DNA of 64,000 nucleotides from Negaprion brevirostris. Lineage: Eukaryota. Shown here in pieces: positions 1 to 13,324 of this stretch. The stretch spans positions 36,925,403-36,989,402 of the forward strand of contig JARDVH010000106.1 of NCBI GenBank assembly GCA_030324005.1, written 5' to 3'. Position numbers and translations under genes: made by a program. Position 1 is the first letter of the stretch, and every line of letters begins with the position of its first letter. The notes under the pieces were generated by a model. The model saw only the letters and a list, made by a program, of their open reading frames with translations. It was not told the DNA's origin and did no database searches.

Positions 1-85
1 TGGCACTAAAATAAACAAGATAAATACTAGGCAAAATAAATCTCTCAGCACGCAAGCATATGATAAGTGTGTCCAGAGATTATAG

Positions 86-250
86 ATCTATCTGAAACTG
101 AATGGAAACAAAATTAAAATCAAAGTGGATACAGGAGCTGCTGTATCTCTTACATCACAAAATTTTTATTAATAAAACCTCAAGAACATACCAATACAGC
201 CATTTAGTATAATTCTGAGAACTTACATGGAGGAGGTGGTTCCAGTGGAT
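86..250 (+). pseudogene. Ty3/Gypsy LTR-retrotransposon aspartic protease remnant
   Basis: Manual translation from 86 gives IYLKLNGNKIKIKVDTGAAVSLTSQNFY*INLKNIPIQPFSIILRTYMEEVVPV. It has the DTGA catalytic motif and the LRTY motif typical of Gypsy proteases, with one in-frame stop. Confidence 0.8.
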
Positions 251-252
251 AA

Positions 253-998
253 CGAGGGATATTGTGAGCCGAGTCAAAAGAGAAAAAGGAAGCATTTGTC
301 AAAGCTGGCAGGCTGGGAACACACGAAGCACATGTGGAATACGAGAAAAGTAGAAAGAAACTTAAGCAAGGAGTAAGGAGAGTTAAAAGTGGTCACGAAA
401 AAGCACTGGCCAGCAGATTTACAGAAAATCCCAAGGCTTTTTATACATATGTAAAGAGCAAGAGGGTAACTAGGGAGAGGGTTGGCCCACTCAACGGCAA
501 GGGACAGAAACTGTGCATAGAGCCAGAGAAATGGGCAAGGTATTAAATGAGAACATTGCATCAGTATTCACCAAACAGAAGGGTGTGGTGGATGATGAGT
601 CTGGGAAAGGGTATGTAGATAGTTTGAATCATGTTGAGATCAAAAAGGTGGTATTGGGGTTCTTGAGAAACATTAGTGTCCCCAGGGCCTGATGGGATAT
701 ACCCAGAATAGTGAGAGAGGCAAGGGAGGAATTTGCTGGGGCTTTGAGAGAAATCTTTGTACCTTCACTGGCAATAGGGCAGGTCCCAGAGGATTGGAGA
801 ATAGCCAATGTTGTTCCTTTGTTTAAGGAGGGTAGCAAGAATAATCCAGGTAATTACAGGCCAGTGAGCCTTACATCAGTGGTAGGGAAATTGTTGGAGA
901 GGATTCTTCAAGACAGGATTTACTCCCAGTTGGAAATAACTGAATGTATTAGTGAGCGGCAACATAGTTATGTGAAGGGGAGGTTGTGCCTCACTTAA
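253..998 (+). mobile_element. CR1-clade LINE (HER1-like) ORF2 fragment: linker plus RT N-terminus
   Basis: ORFs 334-546 (ENPKAFYTYVKSKR) and 711-998 (VPEDWRIANVVPLFKEG..PGNYRPVSLTSVVGKLLE); frameshifted. Confidence 0.95.
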
Positions 999-2361
999 TG
1001 GTTTTTCTCCCCATGTCATAACCTATATGATGACGATTAATTCCATCTGTTGTTTATCCATTTAAATTATTATATTAAATGTATACTTAAATTAACTTCT
1101 TCTCACAAACTGTTTTGAATTATTTTGTTCTGTAATATTTGTATGTTTCCAAAATTGTGTTTCACCACGTGAAGCAACATCATAACTGAAAGTGACTGGT
1201 AGTAAATTAAGATTGGGTGCCAAGGCCTTTTGTGTGTGTTCATCTGTAAAATTAAATTGTAAAAAATGCCAACACAAGAATTTGGGATGCCCCTAAAATA
1301 CAAGGGGAGCACTGGTCGTGAGACCCAATCACTTTTATTTCTACAGCACCACACGTTCTTGAAACTAAATTTCTACTGAGCACTTTGGACTATGTCCTAC
1401 TGTCAATCTGCCTGCACTTTTACTTCCAATTCTCGTGTACTATACTGTTCTTGGCTTGGGGGCAGAGCCAGAATTCCGCATGCCCAACCTAATAAGGAGG
1501 CAGGCTGTATTACTTTATCGAAATTAGAATTTCTTTTAAACGGAATCCTTCCCTGATGTAATCTCGAGTGCTCACACAGATGGTGATGTTCGGAGAGATG
1601 AACATTTGGGCAACCAGATGTTGGTTTTCAAGAGAGTGCGATTGAGCAAAAAGATCTAAATGTGGTCCTCGGAATGAGACCTTTCAGATGGAATGAAACT
1701 TGGAGCAAACAGAAGTGCAATCTGCTGCTGGAACACTCAATTGACCTTGAAACATAGAGTACCATCCCATTGGTATTTATGACATGCAGTGCTAACTCAA
1801 CACACTGCAAGGTTATCATGGTTGCTGATCATACTTTGCAGATCCATGAAATTCTCTTCCCTGCACTTCTAATAAAGTGCTAACTTTTTTTTTGAATACG
1901 CTAACATTCACTAAAATAGCAGAGAAAATGGAATTGGGTTTGAAGCACAATAGCAGCACTAATGGTTATTTTTACTCTCTATCAGGGAGATAGGTTGAGA
2001 ATGAGAGAGGCTGAAACTTTAAAGAAGTAAACTGTACCCATAATCATTCAATTTCACTGCACTTCACACAGTAAAATGCTGAAATTTCTTATGAAAAATG
2101 AAAGCAAACAGCCCAGTTATTAATTCTTAATATTAAAACATCTTTAAAGAAGGTATGTTGGGTTTTTTTTGGTGTGTGGCCAAGAGGGGTTACTGAGTAG
2201 TTTGCCTGATGAAACTTCAAGTGTGCCTGGAAGTGAGATGCCTGAATCCTGCCAATTTGGCTGTGTTATAATTCTCTGGGAGTTGTGCTGAAGCTGTACA
2301 CTGGTGCTTACTCACCAATAACCTGATCACAATTAATCAGTTTGGGTTCTAACAGGATCAC

Positions 2362-2478
2362 CTGTCTCCAGGCCTCATTACCAACTTGGTCCAAATGTGG
2401 ACAAAAGAGTTGAATTGCGGAGGTGAAGTGCAAGTTGCTACCCTTGACTTCAAGGCAGCTTTTGCTCTATTTGACCGA
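2362..2478 (+). mobile_element. CR1-like LINE family B, RT fragment
   Basis: Similar to 44165-44270; encodes LITNLVQMWTKELNCGGEVQVATLDFKAAF. Confidence 0.75.
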
Positions 2479-3109
2479 GAGCCGGACTTTCACTGCTGAG
2501 GCAAGCAGCTCGAGTCAGCAAAGCTATCCCAACACAATGGACGTACCTCAATTAAAAGTGCCCTCCTACCCTCAGGTTCCCTTCTAGGAGTGGGGTGGAA
2601 TCAAGTCTGGTATGCTGGCTCTGTAAGCGGATCAGAGGCAGCCATGAGGGGCAGGCAAGTGCCAAGGCAGTCTGGTTAGTAGGACTTTGTCCCAATTGTT
2701 TTAATAGCTGACAGACTCTCTGTCCCTCAACCACCCCCCTCCCCCACCCACTTTCTATGCCACCTCAAACTCCCATGTCAATTCTGTANNNNNNNNNNAG
2801 TCACTTGCCCATTATTCACCATGGGCAGACCTCGGGAGCCATGTGAAAATGGTTGAAAGAAATTAAACCTCTAACAATCTAATAGAGTTTGCTGAAAAAC
2901 AGACATTTTGAAGCTTTCTATATTGTACTCACCAGGATATTGTGCAAGAATACCAATATAAGATGTTAAAGAAAACAATTTATACTCAGAATGGGATTTG
3001 TTTGGTGTGTGGACTGTGGTAAAGGATTTGCCAATGTAAATACACCATTTGGTGGTGACAGACAGTTAACTGCCAAGTGTTGTTTGCAATTTAAACCAGG
3101 CCAGCTTGA

Positions 3110-3745
3110 TACCATCAAAATCTTGGGGGTTACCATTGACCAGAAAATAAACTGGACTAGCCATATAAATACTGTGGTTACAAGGGCAGATCATAATTTG
3201 GAAATGCTGTGGCGAATAACCCATCTCCTAATTCCACAAAGGCTCAAACCAGGAGTATAATGGANNNNNNNNNNTAATGGAATACTCTGCACTTGTCTGG
3301 ATGAGCACAGCTTCAACAACATTTCAGAAGCTTGGACAGCATCTAGTCCATTTAATTGGCTCCCCATTCACAACCTTGAAGGTTCACTTCCTCCATGACT
3401 GGTGCGTAGTGATAGCAGTGTGTGCAAGATGCACAGCAGCAAGCTGCCAGGTCTCCTTTGACAGCATCTTTCAACCCAGGACCTCTGCCCCTAGAAGGAC
3501 AAGGGTAGCAGATGTATTGGACCTGTACATTCCGCTCCAAGTCACTCACTATCCTGATCTGAAACTATATCGTTGTTCCTTCATCGTCACTGGGTCAGAC
3601 TTCTGGAATTGGCTCTCTAACAGCATGGCCAGTGTACTTATGCCACACGGACTGCGGTGGTTCAAATAAGGTGGCTCATTATTTAGGGTAAGCAATAAAT
3701 GCTGGCCTTACTGATGATTCCCACTTTCCATAAATGAATAAAAAG
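3110..3745 (+). mobile_element. CR1-like LINE family B, 3' end
   Basis: ILGVTIDQKINWTSHINTV...MEYSALVW followed by the 3' tail gcaataaatgctggcc...aatgaataaaaa. Confidence 0.85.
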
Positions 3746-5343
3746 AAACACTAAAAGCAAGAAATATACTGGTACCAAGAATTTACCCAAAGGCCCAGTC
3801 TTTCTGAAGGTTGTTGGATGGTGACACATTAGAAAGCTCAGCAAATAAGCCTGATCCTAGTCATTTCTTGCACATTCACACTTGCACGCACACGTTTTTC
3901 AGCAGGAGTCACGGGAATATGTTTGGAGGTAAAAATCCAGACTAAGTGTTGCCTTCCCTATCTGGAAAGGCAGACAGAATTGTATTGCTGCTTTTATTTT
4001 TTTTTAAATCCTCCTCCTAAGTCAGTCAAAATACTTGTATTATTGTAAACTAAATTAACTGTTATGTTTCATAATGTGGAGATGGTTTTCAGGCCTCCCA
4101 TGTGTGGCTGGAATCTCGACAGTTAAAGTTCTGATCACGTTGGCCTTTTCTGAGTTATTCAACAGCTGAAATTGGTGGCTGGAAGTGAAAGGCCTGTCAT
4201 AAAAGGGAGTGTATTAGCAGGAAGCTCTTGTCGCTGTTGAAGGAGAATGGAATGTTTGAAAGATCAGACATGTAATTTCCAGGATAAGGGTGGTTGCTGC
4301 ATTCTGGTGGTGATGTGGGAAGCGTTGCCAGCCCACTCACAGGATATAAAGGGGAAGTATGACCAAATGGGCAGGGGTCAGTGAATAGCTGGGTGGAAAG
4401 CCAGCCAGGGCCTTCTCAGGGGCCGCTGTGGTCATATATCCTGAGTTTCCATAGTCGAATACCGGGGNNNNNNNNNNNNNNNNNNNNNNNNNNNNNNNNN
4501 NNNNNNNNNNNNNNNNNNNNNNNNNNNNNNNNNNNNNNNNNNNNNNNNNNNNNNNNNNNNNNNNNNNNNNNNNNNNNNNNNNNNNNNNNNNNNNNNNNNN
4601 NNNNNNNNNNNNNNNNNNNNNNNNNNNNNNNNNNNNNNNNNNNNNNNNNNNNNNNNNNNNNNNNNNNNNNNNNNNNNNNNNNNNNNNNNNNNNNNNNNNN
4701 NNNNNNNNNNNNNNNNNNNNNNNNNNNNNNNNNNNNNNNNNNTGTGAGGGGTAGAAGGTTCCAGAATGGCCCATCGCATCCCTGTAATATTGAATTTCGA
4801 AAAGCAGTTGCTTAGAAATTATGCAACCATGCATTTTAAAAGCTGGTGTTTTTGCCTCCTACCAGCAGCCATTCAACTCTCAAGATTGCCTGCTTTTTAA
4901 ATTCACCTCCCACCTGCTTTATTTGCTAATATATTTTCACTTTCTCTGCTTTTGATACAAGTTGATGTCAAGGCATTATGTCTCTGGGGATAGAAATAAT
5001 TGGTTGAACCTTATTTTCCACGAGATGACTGTGAAAGCGCTGATGAGAGCTGGAACAGCGAGTGTGATGGAATCAGTTTGACAGGAACGTTGAAAAGACA
5101 ATTGGGACGTGTACCTAAAGAGCTAATTTGCAGAGGGGGTGGGGGGGCAGGTAGAAGCTGTGCTCTAGGCCTGAGTTCTTCCAAAACACTAATGTACTAA
5201 TGACGGGCTGAATGTCATCTCCTCCTCCTGTGTTGTAGGATGTNNNNNNNNNNNNNNNNNNNNNNNNNNNNNNNNNNNNNNNNNNNNNNNNNNNNNNNNN
5301 NNNNNNNNNNNNNNNNNNNNNNNNNNNNNNNNNNNNNNNNNNN

Positions 5344-5652
5344 GATAGGGTGGATTCTCAGAGGCTATTTCCCAGGGCTGAAATGGTCGCTACGAGAGGA
5401 CACAGGTTTAAGATGCTGGGAAGCAAGTACAGAGGAGATGTCAGGGGTAAGTTTTTCACTCAGAGGGTGGTGAGTGAGAGGAATCGGCTGCCGTCAGTGG
5501 TGGTGGAGGCGAACTCGCTGGAGTCTTTTAAGAGACTTCTGGATGAGTATATGGGATGTAGTGGGATTGAGGGTTATAGATAGGCCTAGTAGATAGGAAT
5601 ATGATCAGTGCAACTTGTGGGCTGAAGGGCCTGTTGTGCTGTAGTGTTCTAT
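5344..5652 (+). mobile_element. HER1/CR1 LINE 3' end
   Basis: ORF 5350-5583 TRGHRFK..FFTQRVV..LPSVVVEA..FKRLLD followed by the tail gggctgaagggcctgttgtgctgtagtgttctat. Confidence 0.92.
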
Positions 5653-6351
5653 AATGGAGGCGACATGGGATGTCTCAAGAGAGCCAGCAAAAACCGCCAT
5701 GATATCTGTTCTGGAAAGACAGCAATGGGCCTTTCCCAAGATAAAGTATCCTGGTGGTGGTAATCCCACCCACCTACCAACAGCTGCAGGCCAACCCAAG
5801 GTGAGCAGCTCTTCATTGCTGAGCAACACCACCATTATATATTAAACCCTTTCTCTGATTTATAAGTTGGAGTAAGTTTTATATTTTTATTGCCTGCATT
5901 TGAAGAGTTCCTTCTGAAGAAACATAGGATTCTATGATTCGCTTCCAGGCTGCTCTGATCTCCCCTGTGGCACAGATTATATGGTCAGGAATTGCCTACG
6001 TTGGGCAGACAGTGGAGAGACTGCACAAGGGAGTATAGAGAATGTTATTATACCCATGTGAGGCCTAGGAACCAGCGCTGAGGTCACAGGCTGGGGGTTG
6101 CAGTGGATTGGGCAGGGGTGGCATTAACAGCAAGGACTGAGGAATAGCTCTCAGCAACCCTGCCAACTCCCTAATGCTAGATTCCTTGATCAAACTGAAT
6201 GCCTGACAAGGAGGGACTTCCTCTGGAAGCTTAGTATGTTTGCTTTTTGGGCCTACTCTATGGCAAGTCCCTACTTGCTGCTGGGTAAATGCCAGCAAAT
6301 ATAGGATGAGACCCCTAAAGTGATTATTTGCCTACCAGAAACTCAATTCGA

Positions 6352-6950
6352 TTACCCACATAAATATTGTGGCTATGAGAGCAGGTCAGAGGCTGGGAAT
6401 CCTGCGGCGAGTAACTCACTCCCTGGCTGCCCAAAGCCTGCCTGCCATCTGAAAGCACAAGTCAAGAATGTGATGGAATTCTCCCCACTTGTCCTGGATG
6501 ACAGCAAACAGTTTGTGTTGTTGGAGTTGCACTCAGACAAAGCAGTCTACTTAATTGGCATCCCTTCCACAAACGTTCACTCCTCTCACCATTAATGAAC
6601 AGTAACGGCCGTGTGTACCATCTACAAGATGCATTATGGGAACTCATCAAGGCTTCTTTAGACAGCACCTTCCCAACACGCAACCACTATCATCTAGAAG
6701 GACAAAGGCATTAGATACATGGGAACCATTTGGAAGTTTCTCGCCAAGCTATTCACCACCCCCTGTCTAGGAAATATATTGCCATTCCTTCACAGTCAGT
6801 CGATCAAAATCTTGGAACTCTGTCCCTAAAGCACTGTGGATGTACCTACCCCTCGGGAACTGCTGTGATTCAAGAAATCAGCTCACCACCACCTTCTGAA
6901 GGGCAATTAGGGATGAGCCATGAATGTTCCCATGTTTGAATTAAAAAAAC
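6352..6950 (+). mobile_element. CR1-like LINE family B, 3' end
   Basis: KAQVKNVMEFSPL motif and tail gggcaattagggatg; homologous to 3110-3745 and 44750-45260. Confidence 0.85.
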
Positions 6951-7869
6951 TTGAGAGCCTCAGTTGGTGGAGCAGAAAGGCGATCCACAGGCCTTCCCAC
7001 CATTGACTTGATCAGGGCAGTGGCTGGGTCCCCAGCTGCCATCCTCCTGTCTGATTAAATGCCCCCATCCCATGAAGCAGGGTATTACCATCTGCCCATT
7101 ATTTTGCACAGTTCTGAGACATGGCAAAAAAACTATCTTCCAGCAATTTGTAGTGTTGCAAAATGTAACTCATTTTGACTAAAGATTGAAACTGGCCTGA
7201 GTGAATTTGGAAACCTGATCTCAAGGGAATTTTTTTTTCATGTGAAGTCTCCCCCGATACCAAAACCAGCAATATTGCATTCTGCTGTCTAAAACGGAAA
7301 GCGAATGTTAGTACTGTATAAAAAGCAGAACCTTAAAACATCCAAAAGTCTTGAGTAATGTCTGAATATGTTGTCAGTCAGGTTTTCCACGACTGTCTGT
7401 CCATTAATGTGGGCTGGAGATGCTGCCTGGATTCTTGGAGGCAGAGTCCTTGTGTGTTAGAACAACTTGCATTGAGTAGGGAATTTATATATATACATAT
7501 ATGTTTCCACTCAGCTACCGTCTGTAATAACTTCGTCTTTCCACATTATAAATATGTTGTGCTGTGCCTTTTTTGCAGTTTTCAGCAGCTTTTACAGATA
7601 GCTGCCCTTTACCAGTGCATGATCACTGAAGTAAATTTTAGTGGCCACAGTGTTTTTGTTGATGATGGGTCTTCTGTAAACAAAAAAAAAGTTACATTCC
7701 TCTGTTAAACTTGTAAAACTGAAGTCTGAAGAATAATAAAGTCCAATGCCAGCACTGTCTAAACCTATCAGGGTCCTGGACAAAGACTAAGGAGTGAGCT
7801 GTGCCCCTCTTGCATGTTTCCCACTTGCCTCTAGTGTGACATAATTTAGTCTAAAAAGATTGACATATT

Positions 7870-8265
7870 TGGGACCACAAGAAACTACAAAGAATCGTGA
7901 ACAAAGCGCAGTCCATCACACAAACCTTCTTCCCATCCATTGATTCCACCTATACTTCCCACTGCCTTAGAAAAGTAGCCAGCATAATCAAAGACCCCCA
8001 TGTGCCCTGGACNNNNNNNNNNNNNNNNNNNNNNNNNNNNNNNNNNNNNNNNNNNNNNNNNNNNNNNNNNNNNNNNNNNNNNNNNNNNNNNNNNNNNNNN
8101 NNNNNNNNNNNNNNNTAGAATGGACCTACCTTATATTAAGTTAATTTTTCCACAACCTTCTGCACACTCTTCTTTTCCTTCTCTATCAACTGTATGCTTT
8201 GTCTGCATAGCGTGCAAGAAACAATACTTTTCACTATATACTAATATATGTGACAAATCAAGTCA
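7870..8265 (+). mobile_element. Rex1/Babar-type LINE 3' end (spans an N gap)
   Basis: DHKKLQRIVNKAQSITQT..PSIDSTYTSHCLRKVASIIKDP resembles the Rex1 C-terminus; tail aacaatacttttcac..gtgacaaatcaa. Confidence 0.75.
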
Positions 8266-9721
8266 AAGACTCGGGCTGTTGCCCCAGAGTTGCTCGTTTA
8301 GAAGATCAGCTGGAAAGACCAGAAGGATTTTGAGTTTTATAGCAGTTTCTTTATGGTTGAAGACTCAACGTAAGGATTTGCCATGACATACTTGAGCAAG
8401 ATTGCATTGAGTAATGCAGCCAAATAACCAATGGACTGCAAGTACATGTTGACACTGAGCTAGCAGAATTAAGCAAATTGAAACAAAGAAAGAAAATTTG
8501 GTTGTAAGGACCCTATTTTAGCCATTTGGTACATTGCTTTTTTTAAGTCACATGATAAGCTGTCAGGCGATCCATAGCAGTTCAGAGAGACTTGGTCAAA
8601 GCTTCAGTTCCTTTTCAAATAAGCCACGTCTGTTTTACTAGTCAGTTCAGATTTCTTGTTAATCATGAGATGGACCGAATAAAACCGAAAAAGAAGTCGT
8701 AAGTACCATGTGTCTGAGTGGTGAGAGATTAGAATGAGGTCTCGTGGTTTGAAATGGTGAGATCTAAAAGGAGTGAAGAAATTGGGCAATGAAATTGCAA
8801 TGCACCCTTATGTTTATAAACAAAAGGCATGAAATGGTGATTCATACAACTGGTAATAAAATTCCACAATCGTATCTGATGCAAAAATGTACTTTTAACT
8901 CTTTTAAAATAAGAGTATAAAATCTAACTCATTATTAGGTGTATATTCTGCTGTGTAAGCCTTCCTGAACATCATGCATTGTGGTGTATTTTTCAACACA
9001 GTTGATATCTGGGCTTTTCACATTTCAGAAAATTTTCCAGTGAGGTATTTGGGGCCTTTTAAGAGCTTGTACAGTATTTCCAATCTGATTCCCTCTGTTT
9101 CAAGGTTAGCAATATTATAAGTTCATACTTTATAAGCATGCATTTAGATTTTGCTACATTTCTTGAAAATAAGAATTTTTTTCTCTTGCTCTATTTCATG
9201 CTATTTTCTATTGTGTCTTTTGTTCATTTGTAAATTGCCCAAATGCAAAGAAGCAACAACTTAAATGTTCATTGAAGAAACCCTAGAGATTAGAGAAATG
9301 AGCTGTCGTAATGCCAATCTGTCACTTGGTTCTTGGTCTAATGTACCTATTTATCTGCTTTTCAGTAATTGCTAATCGTTGGAAGCTTTTTGCCCTGCGT
9401 TGACTAAGCTTTTAAGACTGTGATGTTATAGTGTCAACTTGTTTAATCCCGAAATGTTAGGCAGATCTATCTGGGTCCCAAACTTCCACAATACCACCAT
9501 GACCAACAATAGCCAGTATATAGGACAATTTAAACTGAGCAGTTTGGGCAAATGCATTTTTTTTATCCTTTTTCCCCTCATGCATCTGGAAACCCAGTCA
9601 AAGTTAACCAAAAGTTATTTTTTAAAATGACAGCAAAATGATGCTTGTCCTGCTTTGCAACACACCATCCTGCATTTAATCCCAGCATTTCCTCCAATTC
9701 CAAACCATGCCAATAAAATCT

Positions 9722-9920
9722 ATCCGAAGATGTGCAGGTGAGGTGGAATGGCCATGTTAAATTGCCCCGCAGTTCCAAAGATATGTGGTTAGATGGATTA
9801 GCCATGGTAAATGCATGGGATTATGGAGAGCTGGCCTGGGTGGGATGCTCTTTAGGAGGGTTGGTGCAGATCCGATGGGCCAGATGGTCTCTTTATGCAC
9901 TGTAAGCATTCTATTCTATG
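9722..9920 (+). mobile_element. HE1-type SINE, 3' half
   Basis: tccaaagatatgtggttagatggattagccatg core and HER1-like tail atgggccagatggtctctttatgcactgtaagcattctattctat. Confidence 0.8.
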
Positions 9921-11064
9921 GATGCTTATATATCAGGTGTATTATTACTACTCATGTCAATTATACAAAAATGTGTATGTAGGTTTTCAGATACCAAGGT
10001 GGTCAACAACACTGAATACCTACTGGACTTTACTTTCATAGCAGCACTACCTTTAATTTCATTTTTGAGTTGCTGTAGAAATCAGGAAAATTGGCGTAAA
10101 ATTTCAAGGCAGTTTCGCTGACTGTTTAGTACATTATTGCATCTTGTCTAGTGTGATCCTGAACCGTACAGACCAGGACAATTGCAGGTTTGCTCAGTGG
10201 CCTACAAAGGTGTCAGTACAATTGATATAAGTGGTTTCCTTGAGCTATTGAGAACGGCCATCCATAATTCCCATTTCTGAACGCTCGAGCCACGTCTGCT
10301 GAAAAGAATGTATGTCAATGTGAGATGAGAACAGAATTGGCTTTGGGGTTAATGATTTCTCCCTCCCACCCTTTCTCATACATTGGTGAATATTGTACCA
10401 ATAATGTTCAAGATCACATACGAAAAGTGGCCAGTTGACTAAGACAGCAGACTGCTGCAAATATTTGTGGGACCATGTCAGGATCTATCTAATAATCAAG
10501 GCATGTCATTATATTTAGGATTATGGGAAGTGGAGCCCTTTCTTCTATGCCCATCTTGACCGCTGGTTGATATTGACGCAAGTCTATTGATAAATAAGAT
10601 GAAAACAGATTAAGTGGTTCCATCAGCCTGTGATGCTATCCATGGGCCATACAGCGTGTTAGTGTTCAAAATATGGAATAACAGTGTCTCAAATTAACTA
10701 ACTCAGCAGCAGTAGGAGGTAAAACCTGCCATTTCTCTGCTGTATATAGCTCAGTATCGTGCTGGGTCATTCACCAAATCGAACTTCTTGCCAGTGTTGG
10801 AGGGCAGATGCTGTTAGTTGTGTATACTCATCCAAGGATTGGACAAACCATAACAGAATCTGCCATCATACACATGAAACATGAATGCTTTCAATTAACC
10901 TAAATTTTGAGTGATGGGGAGAATCTCTACCAAATGTTGTTCCTAATTAGCCACTTACAGTTAAGTGAGGAAAAATTTTGAGATATAATGAAAATAAGTA
11001 CTTGTGTTTATTTTGTTTTAATAGCACAGCATTTTTAAAGGGAAACATTTAGTAGACTTTTATT

Positions 11065-11140
11065 TGTAAACAGACACACGATAAATCATTTTAAACACGT
11101 GTCACTTATACATTGACGTGACAATGGCTAAAATGACTCA
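11065..11140. promoter_or_regulatory. Candidate signal-responsive enhancer
   Basis: Within 76 bp of non-repeat DNA: TGTAAACA (FOX, 11065), CACGTG (E-box, 11096), TGACGTGA (CRE-like, 11114) and TGACTCA (AP-1, 11134). Confidence 0.45.
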
Positions 11141-11776
11141 TGGCTTTTCTGGCCCTATGGCCGATCAAATTAAAAGTTTTAATGAAGGCAGTGTCCCTCG
11201 TTATTTGTTCTTTACTGGCTGTCTGGATATTAAGTGCATGTAATACGCTATACAACTCTGTATGGAGTTATCAGACTGATTCATGCTATTCTGACATTTT
11301 AACTTAATTTGACCTACTGCAAAACAAACTGTACTTCATGAAATGCACTCCCATCTGCCTCAAACTCTCAGTGACACATCACACATGATTCAGCTACGCC
11401 CACTCCCTCCCCCAGAAGCAGCCCCCTCGTGTTTACACTTCAGTCCTGATAGTAAGTCCTTTTTAATTCTCTTTGATGCTTGCAGTTGCAGTACTTGGTG
11501 TTAAGCTAAGCTAAGCAGATCAGCAGAATGACAACACTAGAGAAGCTGTGATTGAATAATATTGATATCTGGATGTAATTGAAGTTGGTATGTATTAATA
11601 CTAATTCCAGAAATTGCCTATTAGTTTCTGTTCAGAATGATACTAAACTAAAACATTTTTTAAAGATTTGTTTTATTTGAAATCTTGACGTGTAAGAACT
11701 GCCCTGATTTTCTCTGGATCTGCTATTACTTTATTTATTCATTTAACAAATGAATTTTTTATTTTTTTTCCTACAC

Positions 11777-11836
11777 TTTTCATCCCAATGAGTTCTGGAA
11801 CTCAGGTTTTCATCCCAATGAGTTCTGGAACTCAGG
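11777..11836 (+). repeat. Perfect 30-bp tandem duplication
   Basis: ttttcatcccaatgagttctggaactcagg occurs twice in tandem. Confidence 0.95.
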
Positions 11837-13220
11837 CAGAACAGTGGCCCATAACCACTCCCTACCTAATCAACCTCTCCACTTGTACTTCACCTCTTCC
11901 CCGTCACATACACTCTCTCACACTCACACTAAAAGAAAACAAAATTAAAAGCAGGATAGGATGTAATGACAAAGCACCTGCCTTAGCAACCAATAATGGA
12001 CCCCATAGTCTGAGGATAAAGCACCATTATGAACAAGTTTGTGCAATGATCTGAAATTTGTAGATATTTAATTTGAACAAGTTTTGTTTATATATTTAGA
12101 ATAGTTCATTGTCACCATTTTGTGTTCTGACTGGGTCGCTTGCATTGTTTATTTAGGGTGGGATTTGTTATAGCTACTGACACAAAAGTATTGTATAGTT
12201 GTAATTGAATAATTAGGTTTATGAACTGACCATAATGTAGTTATTTTTACATAGGGTCTGAATGTCACTATCCTGCTTGGATTGATATTTTCATTGATTA
12301 TGCCTCCATTCAGATTCAGTGGGAGGGTCTGCAGTGTTCCACTGAGATCCAATTACTTTTGACTTGTTGCTAAACTTTAACATGTGTAGGACAGTTAGTC
12401 ATAGAGTTATGTTTTATTTAAATTAAATTATTATCTGGCTGTTAATGTGGAGCCATGGAATCATTGTTTTCTTATACATCACAGATGTATAAAATGAGTC
12501 AGTGGCTATAAATTACAGACTCGAGACATAATTCATTAGCTTCATGTTTGGCCTGTATTTAACATCTTACAATTTTGCATGTGCCCTCCCGTGAGAAGGC
12601 TGGGGTTCTCCTATTCCTGAATAAATCTGCAGAAGCACATAATACCCCATTTCAACCCCACTGCCCTTTCTGTGGCCTCATGGAGTCCATGGACCACGTC
12701 TACGTTTCATGTTAATAGATTGCACGCCCTTTTTGATTTTCTGAAACACCTTTTATTGATGTTTTGTTTGCAGTTCAGTCCCACGCTCCTGTTCTACGGA
12801 CACCTGGTNNNNNNNNNNNNNNNNNNNNNNNNNNNNNNNNNNNNNNNNNNNNNNNNNNNNNNNNNNNNNNNNNNNNNNNNNNNNNNNNNNNNNNNNNNNN
12901 NNNNNNNNNNNNNNNNNNNNNNNNNNNNNNNNNNNNNNNNNNNNNNNNNNNNNNNNNNNNNNNNNNNNNNNNNNNNNNNNNNNNNNNNNNNNNNNNNNNN
13001 NNNNNNNNNNNNNNNNNNNNNNNNNNNNNNNNNNNNNNNNNNNNNNNNNNNNNNNNNNNNNNNNNNNNNNNNNNNNNNNNNNNNNNNNNNCTTCCTCCTT
13101 GTATGCGGCTGTAGGCACAGCCTGGGCGTATTCCGTCTTTTTTTTGAATGGATGCCCTTTTCCTAACCCCAACCTAGCCCTTGATTGAGAACTTTGTGTA
13201 ATGTGTAGGGATTGCTCATG

Positions 13221-13301
13221 TGATTGGCAGGCTGGCTGTTTTAGAGGAGGGGGGAGAGACTTGGTGATTGGCCGCTAGTGATTGTATCCCGTCTATAAGA
13301 G
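13221..13301 (+). promoter_or_regulatory. Candidate Pol II core promoter of the mir-222/221 host transcript
   Basis: Inverted CCAAT boxes (ATTGG at 13223 and 13267), a G-rich box at 13244-13255 and TATAAGAG at 13294. CpG is locally retained downstream and the region is free of repeats. Confidence 0.6.
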
Positions 13302-13324
13302 GAGCTGTTTGTGCATGGGGAGAT

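Noticed and set aside
8690-8705. Isolated donor-like C|GTAAGT
   Set aside because: No clear acceptor or promoter; could belong to a longer isoform but is unsupported.
11265-11285. ttatcagactgat, resembling part of miR-21
   Set aside because: Only a 13-nt match, the 5' end differs and no complementary arm is visible.
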